A stretch of 64,000 bases of DNA from Iphione sp. A-MEVVRFRX5 (lineage: Eukaryota), in assembly GCA_976226885.1 (NCBI GenBank), contig OZ320313.1, positions 115,692,001-115,756,000 of the forward strand, given 5' to 3'. The notes under the pieces were generated by a model. That model was not told the origin of the DNA and did not search any database. It saw nothing but the letters and a program-made list of their open reading frames with translations. Both the position numbers and the translations under genes were made by a program. Numbering within the stretch: the first letter of the stretch is position 1; each line of letters opens with the position of its first letter. This document shows positions 62,801 to 64,000 of the stretch, piece after piece.

Positions 62801-64000
62801 CTCTGCTAGAGTAGGTTATATCGACGACTAGAGAGAATGCCGAATCAACTATTCCCCTCATGTGGCTCTATTCCCTTACATGGACCCCCCTCCCCCAATC
62901 TTTCTTTTCTGCGCCCACACCTAGACGCCCATCCATTAAAAAGCTACGTACCCCCCCCCCCCATCTTTCTCTACTGCAGTGCGCATTGTAACAAACTGCG
63001 TCGGTGGATGTTTGGTTCATACATGTATAATCCTTTTTATGCGAGTATTCATCTCGATATCAGTTCTAACAATTTTTGTATATAGTTTTGTCGTTGACCT
63101 ATTACACAGTGCTATATCATAAAGAGGAGAACGGTCTGTTAGAACGGCTCTAAAGTATAAATGCAGACATCATCTTTTACCATATGGAAAGCTCCTTGTC
63201 ATGGAATACCAAGCAATATTCCACGCACTTCCTCGTACCAATAGTCCGCCTAGGCCGTTGTCATCCTAGTGCCCCTGGGGATGCTATTAAACTGGCGGAA
63301 ATAACGACTGGCGTAGTGGGACACAGGGCCTGTGCCTCTAGATAACGTTTTTAATCTTGTCGGCCCGCTGTCTTTAGAGGCGTAAATTTCCTCCGAGTCC
63401 GCGACTAAATATTGGGGAAGAAGGACGGAGAGCCGGAACCCGAAGGAGTGCAAGCTTGGAACTGCTCACCGCTCGCTGCCATTGCAGGAGGCTACAAGGC
63501 AGCGTTCAAGGGGGAAATGCTCAAGAGTCTCCCATCCAAGCAGTGTACTTTAAAAGTGGAATAGTCCATGTAGAAAAGAAATAATTGCCCTATGGACTGC
63601 TTTCTGTTCAAAGACAAATGCCCACAATGAAAACGTTCGGCTATACTTCTTATGTTAGTGCGTGCCTGATACCATGGCGCCTATACAGCAAAGGCTACGG
63701 CTATTGCTTGTAATAAATTGTGACGTCTCAGGCTCTATGACATGGATGACAATAAATGTGTTGATTCACACTTTTTTTTTGGGGGGGGGGGTTTATACAA
63801 TCTTAGAGTAATCGGTACACCACATTTGAATGAACTATCTATCACGCTGTTCCTGACTTTTGAATAGTGTCCACCAAGCAAGAAGGTTTGTCATATAACC
63901 GTTTTGTGAAGTAGACCTAAATCAAAATACCTGGAAATTATCAACTAAATTTGTGATAGTGTTTTATAATGTCTTTGACGAGGGATTACTTTCCTATAAA

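Noticed and set aside
63272-63281. COE/UNC-3 (cholinergic terminal selector) motif CCCCTGGGGA, plus near-matches such as 56562
   Set aside because: About two matches are expected by chance in this window and no cluster was seen.
63527-63540. 14-nt match (gtctcccatccaag) to antisense 5S rRNA
   Set aside because: The flanks do not extend the match, so it is not a 5S gene. It is at most a SINE remnant.
59958-63553. Kolobok-like element (TTAA|AGGTATACTG ... CAGTGTACT|TTAA)
   Set aside because: The TIR match is short and needs a gap, the interior is heterogeneous, and many TTAAAGG starts occur in the window.

Overview
Eukaryotic animal genomic DNA, roughly 40% GC by eye, made of AT-rich repeat-derived tracts and scattered GC/CpG-rich islands. 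It is probably an invertebrate protostome or lophotrochozoan; this is inferred from the receptor sequence and repeat types. There are no prokaryotic genes and no CRISPR array, and nearly all ORFs in the supplied track are chance or repeat-derived. The backbone of the window is the 5' part of one minus-strand nicotinic acetylcholine receptor (nAChR) subunit gene: a probable signal-peptide exon 1 (54926-54992, in a CpG island), exon 2 (26431-26582, [12 protein letters not shown]...LSQLIDV) and a 45-nt exon 3 (4173-4217, DEKNQIMTTNVWLTQ). The introns are about 28.3 kb and 22.2 kb, and the remaining exons were not found and presumably lie left of position 1. The introns hold a decayed, internally deleted pogo/Tigger transposase, six PIF/Harbinger-type MITE copies with tandem-repeat cores (three stacked at one TAA site at about 9.6-11.2 kb), a CACTA/EnSpm-like non-autonomous element carrying a 146-bp palindrome and a 50-bp array, a Penelope-type minimal hammerhead ribozyme remnant, microsatellites and CTCF-like motifs. 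A perfect RFX X-box lies upstream of the gene. The most interesting items are the self-nested Harbinger MITE stack with swappable satellite cores, the hammerhead, and the unresolved, possibly alternative N-termini of the receptor. All alignments and counts were done by eye; no databases were searched.
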